Source of the DNA: Fibrobacteria bacterium
GTDB taxonomy: Bacteria; Fibrobacterota; Fibrobacteria; UBA11236; JADFYW01
Direction of reading: 5' to 3'
Length of the DNA stretch: 64,000 bases
NCBI GenBank assembly: GCA_015232855.1
Contig: JADFYW010000001.1
Coordinates: 56,830-120,829 of the forward strand
A program made the position numbers and the translations under genes. Below are positions 8,795 through 18,354 of this stretch, piece by piece. Each line of letters opens with the position of its first letter. Position 1 is the stretch's first letter. The notes beneath the pieces were generated by a model. That model was given only the letters and a program-made list of their open reading frames with translations, searched no databases and had not been told where the DNA came from.

Positions 8795-10024
8795 TTGATT
8801 TATAAAGCCGATTACGTTATTACCATGGCAGGACCACCCATAAAGGATGGTGCGGTTAAGATACGCGGCAATCGAATTTCTGAAGTCAGATCCATAAGCC
8901 AGATGACCATAGATAATGATGAAGAGGTGAAGGTATTTAAAGATACCATAATAATGCCTGGCCTTATAAATGCCCATTGCCACCTCGAATTGGGTTATGC
9001 CCGTGGCCTTTTCCCTCCAGGAGAGGCCTTTTCCATGTGGCTGGCAAGAGTGGAAAAATCGAGAAAAGAACAACTTGATGAGGATTATGAAAACGCAATC
9101 CGCCTTGGGATTATGGAAAGTATCCATTCCGGCACCACTACCCTGTTTGATGTTGGAAAAACCGGCTTAAATATCAAAATTTTCCCGGATGAGACCGTAC
9201 GTTCGTTCCCGGTGCGTGAATTCTCAGGAGGAGAGACCAATCTGAATTATCAGCAATTTGACGAACAAATAGCATATATTTCTGAAGGGTCCTCCAGTTT
9301 TCTCTTTCCAGACAAATGCCAGCCCTCCGTTTCAATCCGCTCACCCTATACCTGTTCCGAAACATTTTTCCGACATGTATTAACCCGGCAAAACAATCTC
9401 CGGGTACCTTTTTCATTTCATCTCAGCGAAGGCCAGGAAGAAGAAGGCTTATACAAAACAAACAGCGGACAGCTCCATGATTTTTGTGAGAGAAATTTTG
9501 GTACCCCACCGGATTTTCAGGGAAAAAATCCAGTTAATTATCTTCTGGAGCGAAAGTTGATACCCCAAAAGACCCTACTCGTACACTGTAATGTACTGGA
9601 TGTTAAATCCGCAAGCAGATTAGCGGAAAAAAATGTTTCCATTGCACATTGCCCAAGGAGCAGCGACTTTTTCGAACACCCCGAATTCCCATTTGAATTA
9701 TGCTACAACAATAACATTAACGTATGTCTGGGGACCGAAAGTATGGCCTGCAATGAGGACCTGAGTCTCTTCGAAGAAATGCATATGTTCAGGAGCAAAT
9801 ATCCCCATGTGGACTGTTCAGAAGTTTTGAAGCTCGCTACCGTTAATGGAGCCCGCGCACTGGGTATGGAAGATAGTCTTGGAAAACTGCTTCCTGGTTA
9901 TCTTGCAGATTTTATCGGTATTACGATTAAGCATGATCCCGCCTTTGATATGTTTGACGAAATTGTATGTGAAGAGCACGAAGTAGCCATGGCCATGATC
10001 GACGGCGAGGAAGTACTCATTTGA
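8795..10024 (+). CDS. amidohydrolase-superfamily protein (nucleobase/nucleoside deaminase-like, MtaD/SsnA-type)
   Basis: 409 aa with a TTG start. ...MPGLINAHCHLELG... metal-binding HxH motif, and later ...LVHCN... and ...GTESMA...; substrate not assignable by eye. Confidence 0.8.
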   Translation: MIYKADYVITMAGPPIKDGAVKIRGNRISEVRSISQMTIDNDEEVKVFKDTIIMPGLINAHCHLELGYARGLFPPGEAFSMWLARVEKSRKEQLDEDYENAIRLGIMESIHSGTTTLFDVGKTGLNIKIFPDETVRSFPVREFSGGETNLNYQQFDEQIAYISEGSSSFLFPDKCQPSVSIRSPYTCSETFFRHVLTRQNNLRVPFSFHLSEGQEEEGLYKTNSGQLHDFCERNFGTPPDFQGKNPVNYLLERKLIPQKTLLVHCNVLDVKSASRLAEKNVSIAHCPRSSDFFEHPEFPFELCYNNNINVCLGTESMACNEDLSLFEEMHMFRSKYPHVDCSEVLKLATVNGARALGMEDSLGKLLPGYLADFIGITIKHDPAFDMFDEIVCEEHEVAMAMIDGEEVLI

Positions 10025-10032
10025 GGATACCT

Positions 10033-11286
10033 ATGGTAAAAAACCTATTAGTAATATTTTTGCTCATGAAATCTGCCTTTGCCGGTAAAATGTTGATTCC
10101 CATGGACGGAACCCAGAGTAATCATCTAAAGGCCTACGGTATAGCTTTTCTCTCTGTTGCCAGTGCGCAAAATGTGGAATGGCTGCTTAACTACCGGGGC
10201 GGCAGCTTCCTCTTAAATGATTCACCGGTGTTTCAGCGGGAAGCTACCCGTCGGGGAGTCGTATATGAATTGATTAGTGAAAACCAGGCAAATACCATTT
10301 ACCTCGAAATTGACCAAAACAACATGGAAAAAGTTCTTCTGGAAAAAGAACCCCGTGTTGCAGTCTATACTCCCCCCAACAAACAGCCCTGGGATGATGC
10401 GGTTACCATGGTTCTCAGCTATGCAGAAATTCCCTACAAAAACATTTATGATAAAGAGGTATTGGACGGTACCCTTAATAAAATTGACTGGATACATCTG
10501 CATCACGAAGATTTTACTGGTCAAAACTCCAAATTTTACCGGGCTTTCCGGCATGCTCCCTGGTATATCCAACAATCAGTCACCTACCAAAAACTGGCAG
10601 ATGAACTCGGATTCCCAAACAACCCCGTGCTAAAAAAAGCAGTGGTACTCGCACTCAGAAATTATGTAGAGAACGGTGGATTTCTATTTGCCATGTGTTC
10701 AGCTTGTAATACGCTCGACATTGCCCTCAGTGCGGTAAAGACTGATGTCGTCGGCGAAGTTTTTGATAATACCCCGGTCGCCTCAGATTACTCATCTAAA
10801 ATAGATTATTCACTGTGTTTTGCTTTTACCGATTTCAAAATCGACACAGACCCTTACTCCTCTTCACATGGAAACATTGATTATAATCAAGTTAACGCCG
10901 GCACGCTTAAACGCCGCCCTCCCAATGATTTTTATCTTTTTGATTTTTCGCCAAAATACGACCCGGTACCAGCCATGCTCACCCAGAACCACAGCAATTA
11001 CATCAAAGGCTTCTATGGTCTTGCCACGTCTTTTCGTAAAGCAAACTTAAAAAAGGCTATAACCATCCTGGGAGAAGTTGATGGACAACCCGCACTCCGC
11101 TATATCCATGGCAACCTGGGTGAAGGGCAGTTTGTATATTATGGAGGACACGACCCTGAAGATGTATCTCACGCTGTAGGCGATCCACCAACAGACCTCA
11201 ACCTCCATAAAAATTCCCCCGGCTACCGGTTAATCCTTAACAACGTACTTTATCCTGCCGCACGGAAAAAGAAAAGAAAAACCTAA
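10033..11286 (+). CDS. secreted conserved protein, class-I glutamine-amidotransferase-like fold suspected (family I recall as often mis-annotated asparagine synthetase B)
   Basis: GAGGA Shine-Dalgarno 4 nt before the ATG at 10033 (an alternative TTG at 10021 overlaps the upstream stop). Signal peptide MVKNLLVIFLLMKSAFA. ...MLIPMDGTQSNHLKAYGIAF... and ...GGFLFAMCSACNTLD... (nucleophile-elbow-like). The family assignment is from memory only. Confidence 0.6.
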   Translation: MVKNLLVIFLLMKSAFAGKMLIPMDGTQSNHLKAYGIAFLSVASAQNVEWLLNYRGGSFLLNDSPVFQREATRRGVVYELISENQANTIYLEIDQNNMEKVLLEKEPRVAVYTPPNKQPWDDAVTMVLSYAEIPYKNIYDKEVLDGTLNKIDWIHLHHEDFTGQNSKFYRAFRHAPWYIQQSVTYQKLADELGFPNNPVLKKAVVLALRNYVENGGFLFAMCSACNTLDIALSAVKTDVVGEVFDNTPVASDYSSKIDYSLCFAFTDFKIDTDPYSSSHGNIDYNQVNAGTLKRRPPNDFYLFDFSPKYDPVPAMLTQNHSNYIKGFYGLATSFRKANLKKAITILGEVDGQPALRYIHGNLGEGQFVYYGGHDPEDVSHAVGDPPTDLNLHKNSPGYRLILNNVLYPAARKKKRKT

Positions 11287-11289
11287 AAC

Positions 11290-14200
11290 ATGTCTCTCTC
11301 TCAAAACGGAAAGAATGAGTCCCAGGAGGAACTTGCCAGAAAATACCAGGCAGCCCTGAGAGAGATAGCCCAGCTTCGCAAAAAAGTAACCGAACTCAGT
11401 AAAGAAGGTGAAGAAACTGAAGCTGACATTTCCAAATCAGAAAAAATATTTGAAGGTGTTCGTAAATTCGGAAAATACGAACTTCTTGAAATGTTGGGAA
11501 AAGGAGGCATGGGAGAAGTATGGCGCGGCCGGGATGATTTTGGTAATGAAGTTGCTCTAAAAATGCTCCCCACCGATAAACAATCGTCTAAATCGCAGGT
11601 TGAGCATCTCATGCGGGAGGCGACAGTCATGTCCCAGCTTCATCACCGGGGCATATGCCGCATACATGAGGTAGGCGAAGCTGAAGGGGTAAATTATATT
11701 GCCCTGGAACATGTACTAGGAGCATCACTCTCTGGAATATTGGAATATGGACAAAAAAAACCACGCGGCTCCCGGAAAGACCAACCTGAAACAAATCCAG
11801 AAAATCTGAGCATATTTGAAAAAGCCTGTGAAGATGTAATTGACAAAGAGAACAGTAAATTAGAATCCAGAAAAAACGCATATATAAAACCCGGTCAACG
11901 TTTATATAATATCCTGGAAGAAAAAAAGGCTGCACAAATCGTACTCAATATCTGTACCGCCATCCAGTTCGCACATGACAACGGAGTATTTCACCGGGAT
12001 ATCAAACCTCAAAACATAATACTCCGGCCTGACGGAGAACCGGTGGTTATGGATTTCGGGGTTGCCAAGACACATCTTGACAAAAGTGAATCACTCAGGC
12101 CCGGCCAGGGGAAGGTATATGGTACACTTGAATATATGGCCCCGGAACAAGCCCGGGCTAGTGAAAAAAGTAATGCCCTTACAGACATCTATAGTATAGG
12201 CGCAGTACTGTACCAGATGGTGACGGGGCGCAAACATTTTAATTCTTCAAAAAACATCTTACAGGATATCAGGCAACTACAGCGACATGAGCCTGTAAAC
12301 CCAAAATTTTATAACAAAAAACTGTCAATCGATTGTGAAGCTATTATCCTCAAAGCACTCAGCAACGCAACAAAACACCGCTACCAAAGCGCTCAGGAGT
12401 TTGCTGACGATTTAAAACGCCTCCTTGAAGATGAACCGGTACAAGCCAAACCTTTTAACATCCCCTACCGGGTAAAAAAACGCCTGGCTAAAAATAAACT
12501 AGCCTCTACTCTTGGCTTATTGATACTGGCAGGCCTGCTCAGCTTTGGGGGATACCTCTATTACGAGTGGCAAAAACAATGGGGAAACTGGATACTTGAA
12601 TATAAAGCAAATTTCACAGCTACTACCAGCCTTCCCAAAGCATTTATGTTCACCGACCAGGGTAATCGTAAAATCAAAAAAGAGCAGTTACCCCTTAACT
12701 TTAGCACCCGGGGCCTGGCGCTACCTCCATCTTTCTGGTGTTGGTTTAGGGGCAACCGAAACTTAAAGCTTGACGGTGATATTCGGATCGTTGTAGACAT
12801 GGAGTATGCCAGCGAGCCTGATTTATTCCAATTGTGTATGAATACCTCAAAGGCAAAACCTTTTACAGGCCAGCCCCCAGGCAGTTATTTTTTACGCTAC
12901 GGTACCGCCAACGGAACCATGGACCAGCTATCCAGGCGAAACTATGATGGCAGTATAACCGGCTACCGGGTAGCTGAAAATTCAATTGAACCCGCGTCTC
13001 ATCACCAGCTTATTCTACAGAGAATCGAAGGAAATTACCGTTATTACCGTAATAACAAAGAAATTCTCAATCTACAACAGGTAATGCCCCTGGACGCCCA
13101 AAACGATAATCATATTGGCTTTATTACAACAGCAGACTCTGTTTATGTGAAATCATTCAGTGTATTCCGGCTCTCCAGGGCACAAAAGTCATCCCCCCTT
13201 ATTGCCGGTGAAGCATTAAAGGTACGAGGGCAATTAAAAGAAGCTGTTGATGAGTTCCTCACCATAGCAGAAGATAATGTAAAATCAGAAGTGGCAGAAA
13301 GAGCTATAATAAAAGCGTTTTCCATTGCTATCCAACACAAACAACTTTTTGGTGACAAAGCAAAAACCATTAAACGATACTTTTACAAAAACTATCCCAA
13401 TTCGCTCTATAGCGTAAAAATACTGGAATTAGAAACGCTCATCCTATGGAAAAAGAATAAACTTCCCCAGGCTATGGCCAACCTTAAAAGAATATATAGG
13501 GACAACCCTGATTCTGACGTCCTTTTTCAATTGGAGTTTCGCAATATACCAGATAGTCTTTTAAGTGGACTTACTGAAATTATAACCAGGGCCAACCACA
13601 TAAACGGCCTGGTATTACCGCTGGTGCAGGGGGAATTACCCAGGAGCCTTGCAGGTTCTGCCATAAGTATGCTTGACCTGTCTGACCACAACGCTCAAGG
13701 TATGAATATCCTCACAAACAGCGAACTGACATGGTTGTTTGCGGACGGGGCAGGGATTACCAGCCTGAGCCCCTTAAAAAATTCACCTTTGCGTTTTCTC
13801 CATGCTGCAAATAATAGAATAGAGTCTCTATCCCCTATTGCCGGCAAGAAACTTGAATCTCTTAATCTGAGTGTAAACATGCTGAACGACCTGGCCGCAC
13901 TTAAAGATATGCCTATTCGCCGACTCAATATTGCGGGTAATGCAATTACCGACATTTCCCCTCTTGTTAATATGCCACTTATCTCATTGGATATATCCGG
14001 CAATGGTATTGAAGACCTTTCTGCTTTACAGGAAATGCCCTTGCATGACCTTCAGATGGCACAAAATCATATTAAAAGCTTAGCTCCTTTAAAAAGCCTG
14101 CCTTTACGGAAAATAAACTTTCAGCATAACCTCATAAGCGATGTATCCACACTTCGGTATATGCCCCTCACTCATATTTATGCCGGCAATAACATGTTCA

Positions 14201-15060
14201 GTAATCTTGAACCTTTACGGGGGATGAAACTTATTCATTTTGAATTGCAAAACAATCGGATTACCAATTATAAACCCTTAAACACTATCTCTATTCAAAG
14301 CCTGGATATACGACATAACAATCTGAAAGCCGTCGAAAAACTCTATAGTCCTGAACTGGAAGTTCTGTTTATTGACCATAACCAGATAAAATCGTTTAAC
14401 ACTCTGAAACACCTAAAACTAAAAAAACTGTATTGTTCTCATAACCAGATAACCAATCTTTCGCTTCTCAAACCAATGAAACTGGAACTGCTAAATGTCC
14501 AGGACAACAAGCTCACCACCCTGGCTCCCTTTTATAACAATCCTCCAGATACCTTTTTATTTGCGTCCCATAGTCTGTCGGATTTCGTGATTAAAAAAGC
14601 CATTAAATATTGGTCAGCTAACAGCGAATACCAATATAACACTCACTATGCAAAGGTGGTTTATTATATGCGGCATAATTATGTCTCCAGGCTCAAAGAC
14701 ATGAGTAAGATATATAATGGACATTACTACCTGCATATTACACGCCAAACATCATGGGAAGATGCACAAAAGCTCTGTCATCGACTTGGAGGACATTTGG
14801 TGACAATCAATAACAGTGAAGAAAATGAATTTCTCAGCACCGTAATGCAGGATAATCACCCCTCCTGGACAGGTCTGGTGAGTCGGGAAGGTCAGTGGAC
14901 CTGGGAAAATGGAGAACAGGCAGATTACGTAAATAGCCCATCAATCTGTAATCCTGAAATCTGCCATACCCTCCTTTTTGCCCGGCACGGACTTGAGGAC
15001 CTCTGGCAACATTCTTATGGCACTGCTGAAGCGGGCTTTATTATTGAATGGGAAGAATAG
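11290..15060 (+). CDS. receptor-like Ser/Thr protein kinase: Hanks kinase / TM / jelly-roll-like + helical region / ~15 LRRs / C-type lectin-like domain
   Basis: 1256 aa. Kinase motifs GKGGMGEVW, VALKML, HRDIKPQNIIL, DFGVAK, GTLEYMAPE. TM helix LASTLGLLILAGLLSFGGYLYY. Repeated 22-aa L..L.L..N.I.D/N.S.L units (aa ~800-1080). C-terminal WEDAQKLCHRLGGHLVTINNSEENEFL...WTGL...WTWENGEQADY...FIIEW. Confidence 0.9.
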   Translation: MSLSQNGKNESQEELARKYQAALREIAQLRKKVTELSKEGEETEADISKSEKIFEGVRKFGKYELLEMLGKGGMGEVWRGRDDFGNEVALKMLPTDKQSSKSQVEHLMREATVMSQLHHRGICRIHEVGEAEGVNYIALEHVLGASLSGILEYGQKKPRGSRKDQPETNPENLSIFEKACEDVIDKENSKLESRKNAYIKPGQRLYNILEEKKAAQIVLNICTAIQFAHDNGVFHRDIKPQNIILRPDGEPVVMDFGVAKTHLDKSESLRPGQGKVYGTLEYMAPEQARASEKSNALTDIYSIGAVLYQMVTGRKHFNSSKNILQDIRQLQRHEPVNPKFYNKKLSIDCEAIILKALSNATKHRYQSAQEFADDLKRLLEDEPVQAKPFNIPYRVKKRLAKNKLASTLGLLILAGLLSFGGYLYYEWQKQWGNWILEYKANFTATTSLPKAFMFTDQGNRKIKKEQLPLNFSTRGLALPPSFWCWFRGNRNLKLDGDIRIVVDMEYASEPDLFQLCMNTSKAKPFTGQPPGSYFLRYGTANGTMDQLSRRNYDGSITGYRVAENSIEPASHHQLILQRIEGNYRYYRNNKEILNLQQVMPLDAQNDNHIGFITTADSVYVKSFSVFRLSRAQKSSPLIAGEALKVRGQLKEAVDEFLTIAEDNVKSEVAERAIIKAFSIAIQHKQLFGDKAKTIKRYFYKNYPNSLYSVKILELETLILWKKNKLPQAMANLKRIYRDNPDSDVLFQLEFRNIPDSLLSGLTEIITRANHINGLVLPLVQGELPRSLAGSAISMLDLSDHNAQGMNILTNSELTWLFADGAGITSLSPLKNSPLRFLHAANNRIESLSPIAGKKLESLNLSVNMLNDLAALKDMPIRRLNIAGNAITDISPLVNMPLISLDISGNGIEDLSALQEMPLHDLQMAQNHIKSLAPLKSLPLRKINFQHNLISDVSTLRYMPLTHIYAGNNMFSNLEPLRGMKLIHFELQNNRITNYKPLNTISIQSLDIRHNNLKAVEKLYSPELEVLFIDHNQIKSFNTLKHLKLKKLYCSHNQITNLSLLKPMKLELLNVQDNKLTTLAPFYNNPPDTFLFASHSLSDFVIKKAIKYWSANSEYQYNTHYAKVVYYMRHNYVSRLKDMSKIYNGHYYLHITRQTSWEDAQKLCHRLGGHLVTINNSEENEFLSTVMQDNHPSWTGLVSREGQWTWENGEQADYVNSPSICNPEICHTLLFARHGLEDLWQHSYGTAEAGFIIEWEE

Positions 15061-16355
15061 CGCACTTCTCGGTTATGTACATTACCCACACCTTCTCTGC
15101 TCCTGTAAAAGTAACTGTTTATATTTTTTTATTTATTTATTCATCGGCTCATGCAACAGATCAATGGGCCGATACTCCTTACCCCATTCCCGAGTTACTC
15201 AAAGCGAACGCTGAAACCTGTTCAATGTCTGTTGATGGCTGGGGATACAACTTCTCTGACCTTGAAAAAAATTTACACCATTGGGCACAGTCTCCTTTTG
15301 TGCTTGTAGACTCTATAGGCCAAAGTATACAGGGACGACCTCTTTACCTCCTGACTATTACCAATGGCCTTATCCCCGCCAAAAGAAGTGCGGAGATCAT
15401 AACAGATAAACCACGGGTTTTTATCCATGCCCGTACTCATCCCTCAGAAGTACAAAGCAGCAGAATCGCAACCGAAATAATAACATTTCTCCTTGATACC
15501 ACCTTAGCTTCACATACACTGAGAGAGAAATTTGTTTTTAACATCTTACCCATGTATAACCCAGACGGTGTTGAGTTGGGCTGTGAAAGAGTAAACGCAG
15601 CAGACATTAACCTGGAGTCAGCTTTTGACGCAAATCCTCTTCAGCCTGAAACTGCAGCTCTCAAAGGGGCTTTCCAGAGGGCTATGAACAGTGAAAACCC
15701 CATACGGGTGGCCCTGAACCTCCATTCCTCGAAAAATATTTGCCGACGTTTTTTTTTCTTCCACCAGGCAAACGGTACCTCTGAGGCTTTTGCGGGTCTT
15801 GAGAAAGATTTCATCCGGGATGTGCAGTATTATTTCCCAGGGGGGATTGAGGATTGGAATTTATTTACCAGTTGGAGCAACAGTACCCCCAGCGTTTACC
15901 CAGAGAGTTTTTTCTGGAACAATTATGCTGAAACGGTGATGGCCCTCACTTTTGAAGATATTAATGATCAAGACCCCTCCTGCCCGATAGCAGGAGCTTT
16001 TGACTCTACTGCCAAAGCCCTCATTCTTGGTTCAGCAGACTATATCCGTAAACATTCACCCTTTGCAAGTACAAAAACGCCGCCCCCGGATTCTCCGTTT
16101 CCAGGACCAATACATAGTACTCCTCACGGATTATTCTTTCCACTACTCAACTCAGCTGAATATGAAGGGCGCCCATGGAAACTTTTCACCCCTCATGGGA
16201 AACTGATAGCAAAAGGGGTGCTCCAGGAAGGAACCCTAATTTTCAACCCCGACACTACGCCCACCGGTCCTCTTATATTTTTACTTGCTCATAACAGGAA
16301 ACTTCTCTCCCGGCTTTTTATCATACCCAATAATCTCACAGATAATCCCTGGTAA
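15048..16355 (+). CDS. M14-family zinc carboxypeptidase (secreted)
   Basis: 435 aa. ...SIQGRPLYLLTITNG..., ...VFIHARTHPSE... (HxxE zinc motif), ...YNPDGVELG... The start is uncertain: ATG 15048 overlaps the kinase gene by 13 nt, and the in-frame ATG 15075 precedes the signal-like VKVTVYIFLFIYSSAHA. Confidence 0.85.
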   Translation: MGRIAHFSVMYITHTFSAPVKVTVYIFLFIYSSAHATDQWADTPYPIPELLKANAETCSMSVDGWGYNFSDLEKNLHHWAQSPFVLVDSIGQSIQGRPLYLLTITNGLIPAKRSAEIITDKPRVFIHARTHPSEVQSSRIATEIITFLLDTTLASHTLREKFVFNILPMYNPDGVELGCERVNAADINLESAFDANPLQPETAALKGAFQRAMNSENPIRVALNLHSSKNICRRFFFFHQANGTSEAFAGLEKDFIRDVQYYFPGGIEDWNLFTSWSNSTPSVYPESFFWNNYAETVMALTFEDINDQDPSCPIAGAFDSTAKALILGSADYIRKHSPFASTKTPPPDSPFPGPIHSTPHGLFFPLLNSAEYEGRPWKLFTPHGKLIAKGVLQEGTLIFNPDTTPTGPLIFLLAHNRKLLSRLFIIPNNLTDNPW

Positions 16356-16372
16356 TTTTTTACCTTTGCAAG

Positions 16373-16753
16373 ATGAATAAAAATCTACCCGATAAACCGT
16401 TTAGTCCCAGGGATCGCCTGCATAGTTTTCGGTTTGCCTTTAAAGGTATATTACTATTATTGAAAACCCAGCATAACGCCTGGATACATACCATGGCCGC
16501 AATTTGCGTTATATTGTTCGGACTCATACTTAAAATTTCTGCCAAAGAATGGTGCCTGGTATTTTTGGCTATCGGGGGAGTGTTTGCCGCAGAAGCTTTT
16601 AATACTGCTATCGAATACCTGGTAGATATGGTGAGTCCTGATTACCATGAAAAAGCAGGCAAGATAAAAGATCTCGCTGCGGGAGCGGTATTATTAATAG
16701 CCTTTGCCGCAGCCCTCACCGGTCTGATTATTTTCCTTCCAAAATTATTTTAA
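16373..16753 (+). CDS. dgkA: diacylglycerol kinase / undecaprenol kinase family (DgkA)
   Basis: 126 aa with three TM segments. ...EAFNTAIEYLVDMVSPDYHEKAGKIKDLAAGAVL... is the characteristic DAGK_prokar motif. Confidence 0.88.
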   Translation: MNKNLPDKPFSPRDRLHSFRFAFKGILLLLKTQHNAWIHTMAAICVILFGLILKISAKEWCLVFLAIGGVFAAEAFNTAIEYLVDMVSPDYHEKAGKIKDLAAGAVLLIAFAAALTGLIIFLPKLF

Positions 16754-16771
16754 TTTCCAAAGGCAACGATT

Positions 16772-17815
16772 ATGAAATACAACAAACTTGGAACATCAGA
16801 CATAAAAGTCAGTGAAATTTGCCTGGGAACCATGACTTGGGGAGAGCAAAATACCGAAGAAGAAGCCCATCAGCAACTGGACTTTGCCCTGGAGCAAGGA
16901 ATAAACTTTATCGATACCGCAGAAATTTACCCGGTACCTCCAAAAGAAGAAACCTATACCCTTACTGAAAGCATCCTGGGAAATTGGATAAAGAAAAAAC
17001 ATAACCGACAGGAAATTATTCTTGCAACCAAAGTAGCGGGCCGTGCCCCTGGAATGCCCTGGATACGAGGAGGAAAAAACAAATTTGATCGCATGAATAT
17101 TGAAGAGGCCATAGATAGGAGTCTTGAGCGACTGCAAACAGACTACATTGATTTATACCAGCTCCACTGGCCCAACCGGATTACCAACTTCTTTGGTGAA
17201 CTCGGTTACTCGCCCCAAAATGACCCGGATGAAATCCCTATAGCAGAAACTCTTGATATACTTCAGAAACAAGTAGAAAAAGGGAAAATAAGACATTTTG
17301 GATTATCAAATGAGACACCCTGGGGAGTAATGACCTGTCTCAGAGAAGCGGACAAAATAGGACTGGCCCATCCGGTGAGTATTCAGAATCCTTATAATTT
17401 ACTGAACCGGACTTTTGAAATAGGCAATGCTGAAGTAGCCTTTAGGGAAAAAGTCGGATTGCTGGCATATTCGCCACTTGGCTTTGGTGTGCTCTCGGGA
17501 AAATACCTTAAAGGCCAAAAGCCCTCAGGCTCCCGTATGGACAATTTCAAAGGACATTTTGTGCGCTATGCATCTGACCAGGCGACTTCTGCCACTGCAA
17601 AATATGTTAAACTTGCTGAGCGAACAGGACTAAAACCAGCCCAGATGGCATTGGCATTTGTACTTTCCCGCCCTTATGTCACAAGTGCAATAATAGGAGC
17701 CACAAGCCTTGGCCAGCTCAATGAAAATATTAAAAGTAAAGATGTAGAAATTTCAGAAGAATTATTTAAGAAATTGGATGCAATTCATCTTGACCATCCA
17801 AACCCCGCTCCCTAA
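16772..17815 (+). CDS. tas: NADP(H)-dependent aldo-keto reductase, Tas-like
   Basis: 347 aa, collinear by eye with E. coli Tas. Compare LGTMTWGEQNTEEEAHQQLDFALEQGINFIDTAEIYPVPP with LGTMTFGEQNSEADAHAQLDYAVAQGINLIDVAEMYPVPP; ...IQNPYNLLNRTFE... also matches. Confidence 0.9.
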   Translation: MKYNKLGTSDIKVSEICLGTMTWGEQNTEEEAHQQLDFALEQGINFIDTAEIYPVPPKEETYTLTESILGNWIKKKHNRQEIILATKVAGRAPGMPWIRGGKNKFDRMNIEEAIDRSLERLQTDYIDLYQLHWPNRITNFFGELGYSPQNDPDEIPIAETLDILQKQVEKGKIRHFGLSNETPWGVMTCLREADKIGLAHPVSIQNPYNLLNRTFEIGNAEVAFREKVGLLAYSPLGFGVLSGKYLKGQKPSGSRMDNFKGHFVRYASDQATSATAKYVKLAERTGLKPAQMALAFVLSRPYVTSAIIGATSLGQLNENIKSKDVEISEELFKKLDAIHLDHPNPAP

Positions 17816-17819
17816 AAAA

Positions 17820-18113
17820 TCAGCATCTGTCCTGGGCTTCTTGTTGATCCAGAAAATCTTCCATAAGTTCACTATCAAATTTCATTTTAATATTCAGGGC
17901 TTTGCACACTTTAAGGAGTGTATCAAGCTGAATAGTCTTTTTATCCTGTTCCATATCAAAAACAGCGGTTTTACCAATACCCGCTAATTTAGCTAGTTCT
18001 TTCTGGCTATGACCAGTCTTTTTCCTATGATATCGCAGCATATTGCCAATTTCATATTCCATAAGAGTATCCTTGTTTAAAGCACTTTTTTTCGCGACGG
18101 TCTTTCTTCGCAA
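17820..18113 (-). CDS. XRE-family helix-turn-helix transcriptional regulator (HipB/y4mF-like), no partner toxin gene
   Basis: 97 aa. ...RKKTGHSQKELAKLAGIGKTAVFDMEQDKKTIQLDTLLKVCKALN... Confidence 0.8.
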   Translation of the reverse strand: MRRKTVAKKSALNKDTLMEYEIGNMLRYHRKKTGHSQKELAKLAGIGKTAVFDMEQDKKTIQLDTLLKVCKALNIKMKFDSELMEDFLDQQEAQDRC

Positions 18114-18128
18114 AGAAAAATAACAAAA

Positions 18129-18144
18129 TACTGCCTGAGCAGTA
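18129..18144. promoter_or_regulatory. palindrome TACTGC-N4-GCAGTA just upstream of the XRE gene (candidate autoregulatory operator); extra half-site at 18185-18190
   Basis: Perfect 6-bp arms 16 nt upstream of the XRE start codon. TACTGC recurs about 55 nt further on. Confidence 0.4.
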
Positions 18145-18293
18145 AATTATCAATAAAAAATTAATTTCTGACAACTGATTTTAAGTACTGCAATTTAAAA
18201 CTGTGTTTTACGCATTTATTTCAAATTGAAACAAGACCGCTGGTATTTCCTGGAATATCTGCAAATCCAGCCCCAATCACCGGAAAAATTATT

Positions 18294-18308
18294 TGGCACA
18301 GCCTTTGC
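18294..18308 (+). promoter_or_regulatory. sigma-54 (-24/-12) promoter upstream of hsp20
   Basis: TGGCAC-agcct-TTGC with exactly 10 nt between GG and GC (consensus TGGCAC-N5-TTGCW), 47 nt upstream of the hsp20 ATG. The palindrome TTTCAAATTGAAA at 18218-18230 could be an enhancer site. Confidence 0.65.
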
Positions 18309-18354
18309 GATATACATAAAACAAATAACAACAACTTTCACAAGGAGGAATACC

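Noticed and set aside
13690-14540. Periodic signal of about 66 nt that could be mistaken for a repeat array or CRISPR.
   Set aside because: The periodicity is at the protein level (22-aa LRR units). The DNA units are divergent, there are no unique spacers, and the region is in frame within a long ORF.
14700-15060. Whether the C-type lectin fold at the kinase C-terminus is a diversity-generating retroelement (DGR) variable region.
   Set aside because: There is no reverse transcriptase or accessory gene in the window. I saw no template-repeat copy of the 3' end. The domain looks like a canonical metazoan-type CTLD rather than the Mtd/FGE-type DGR scaffold.
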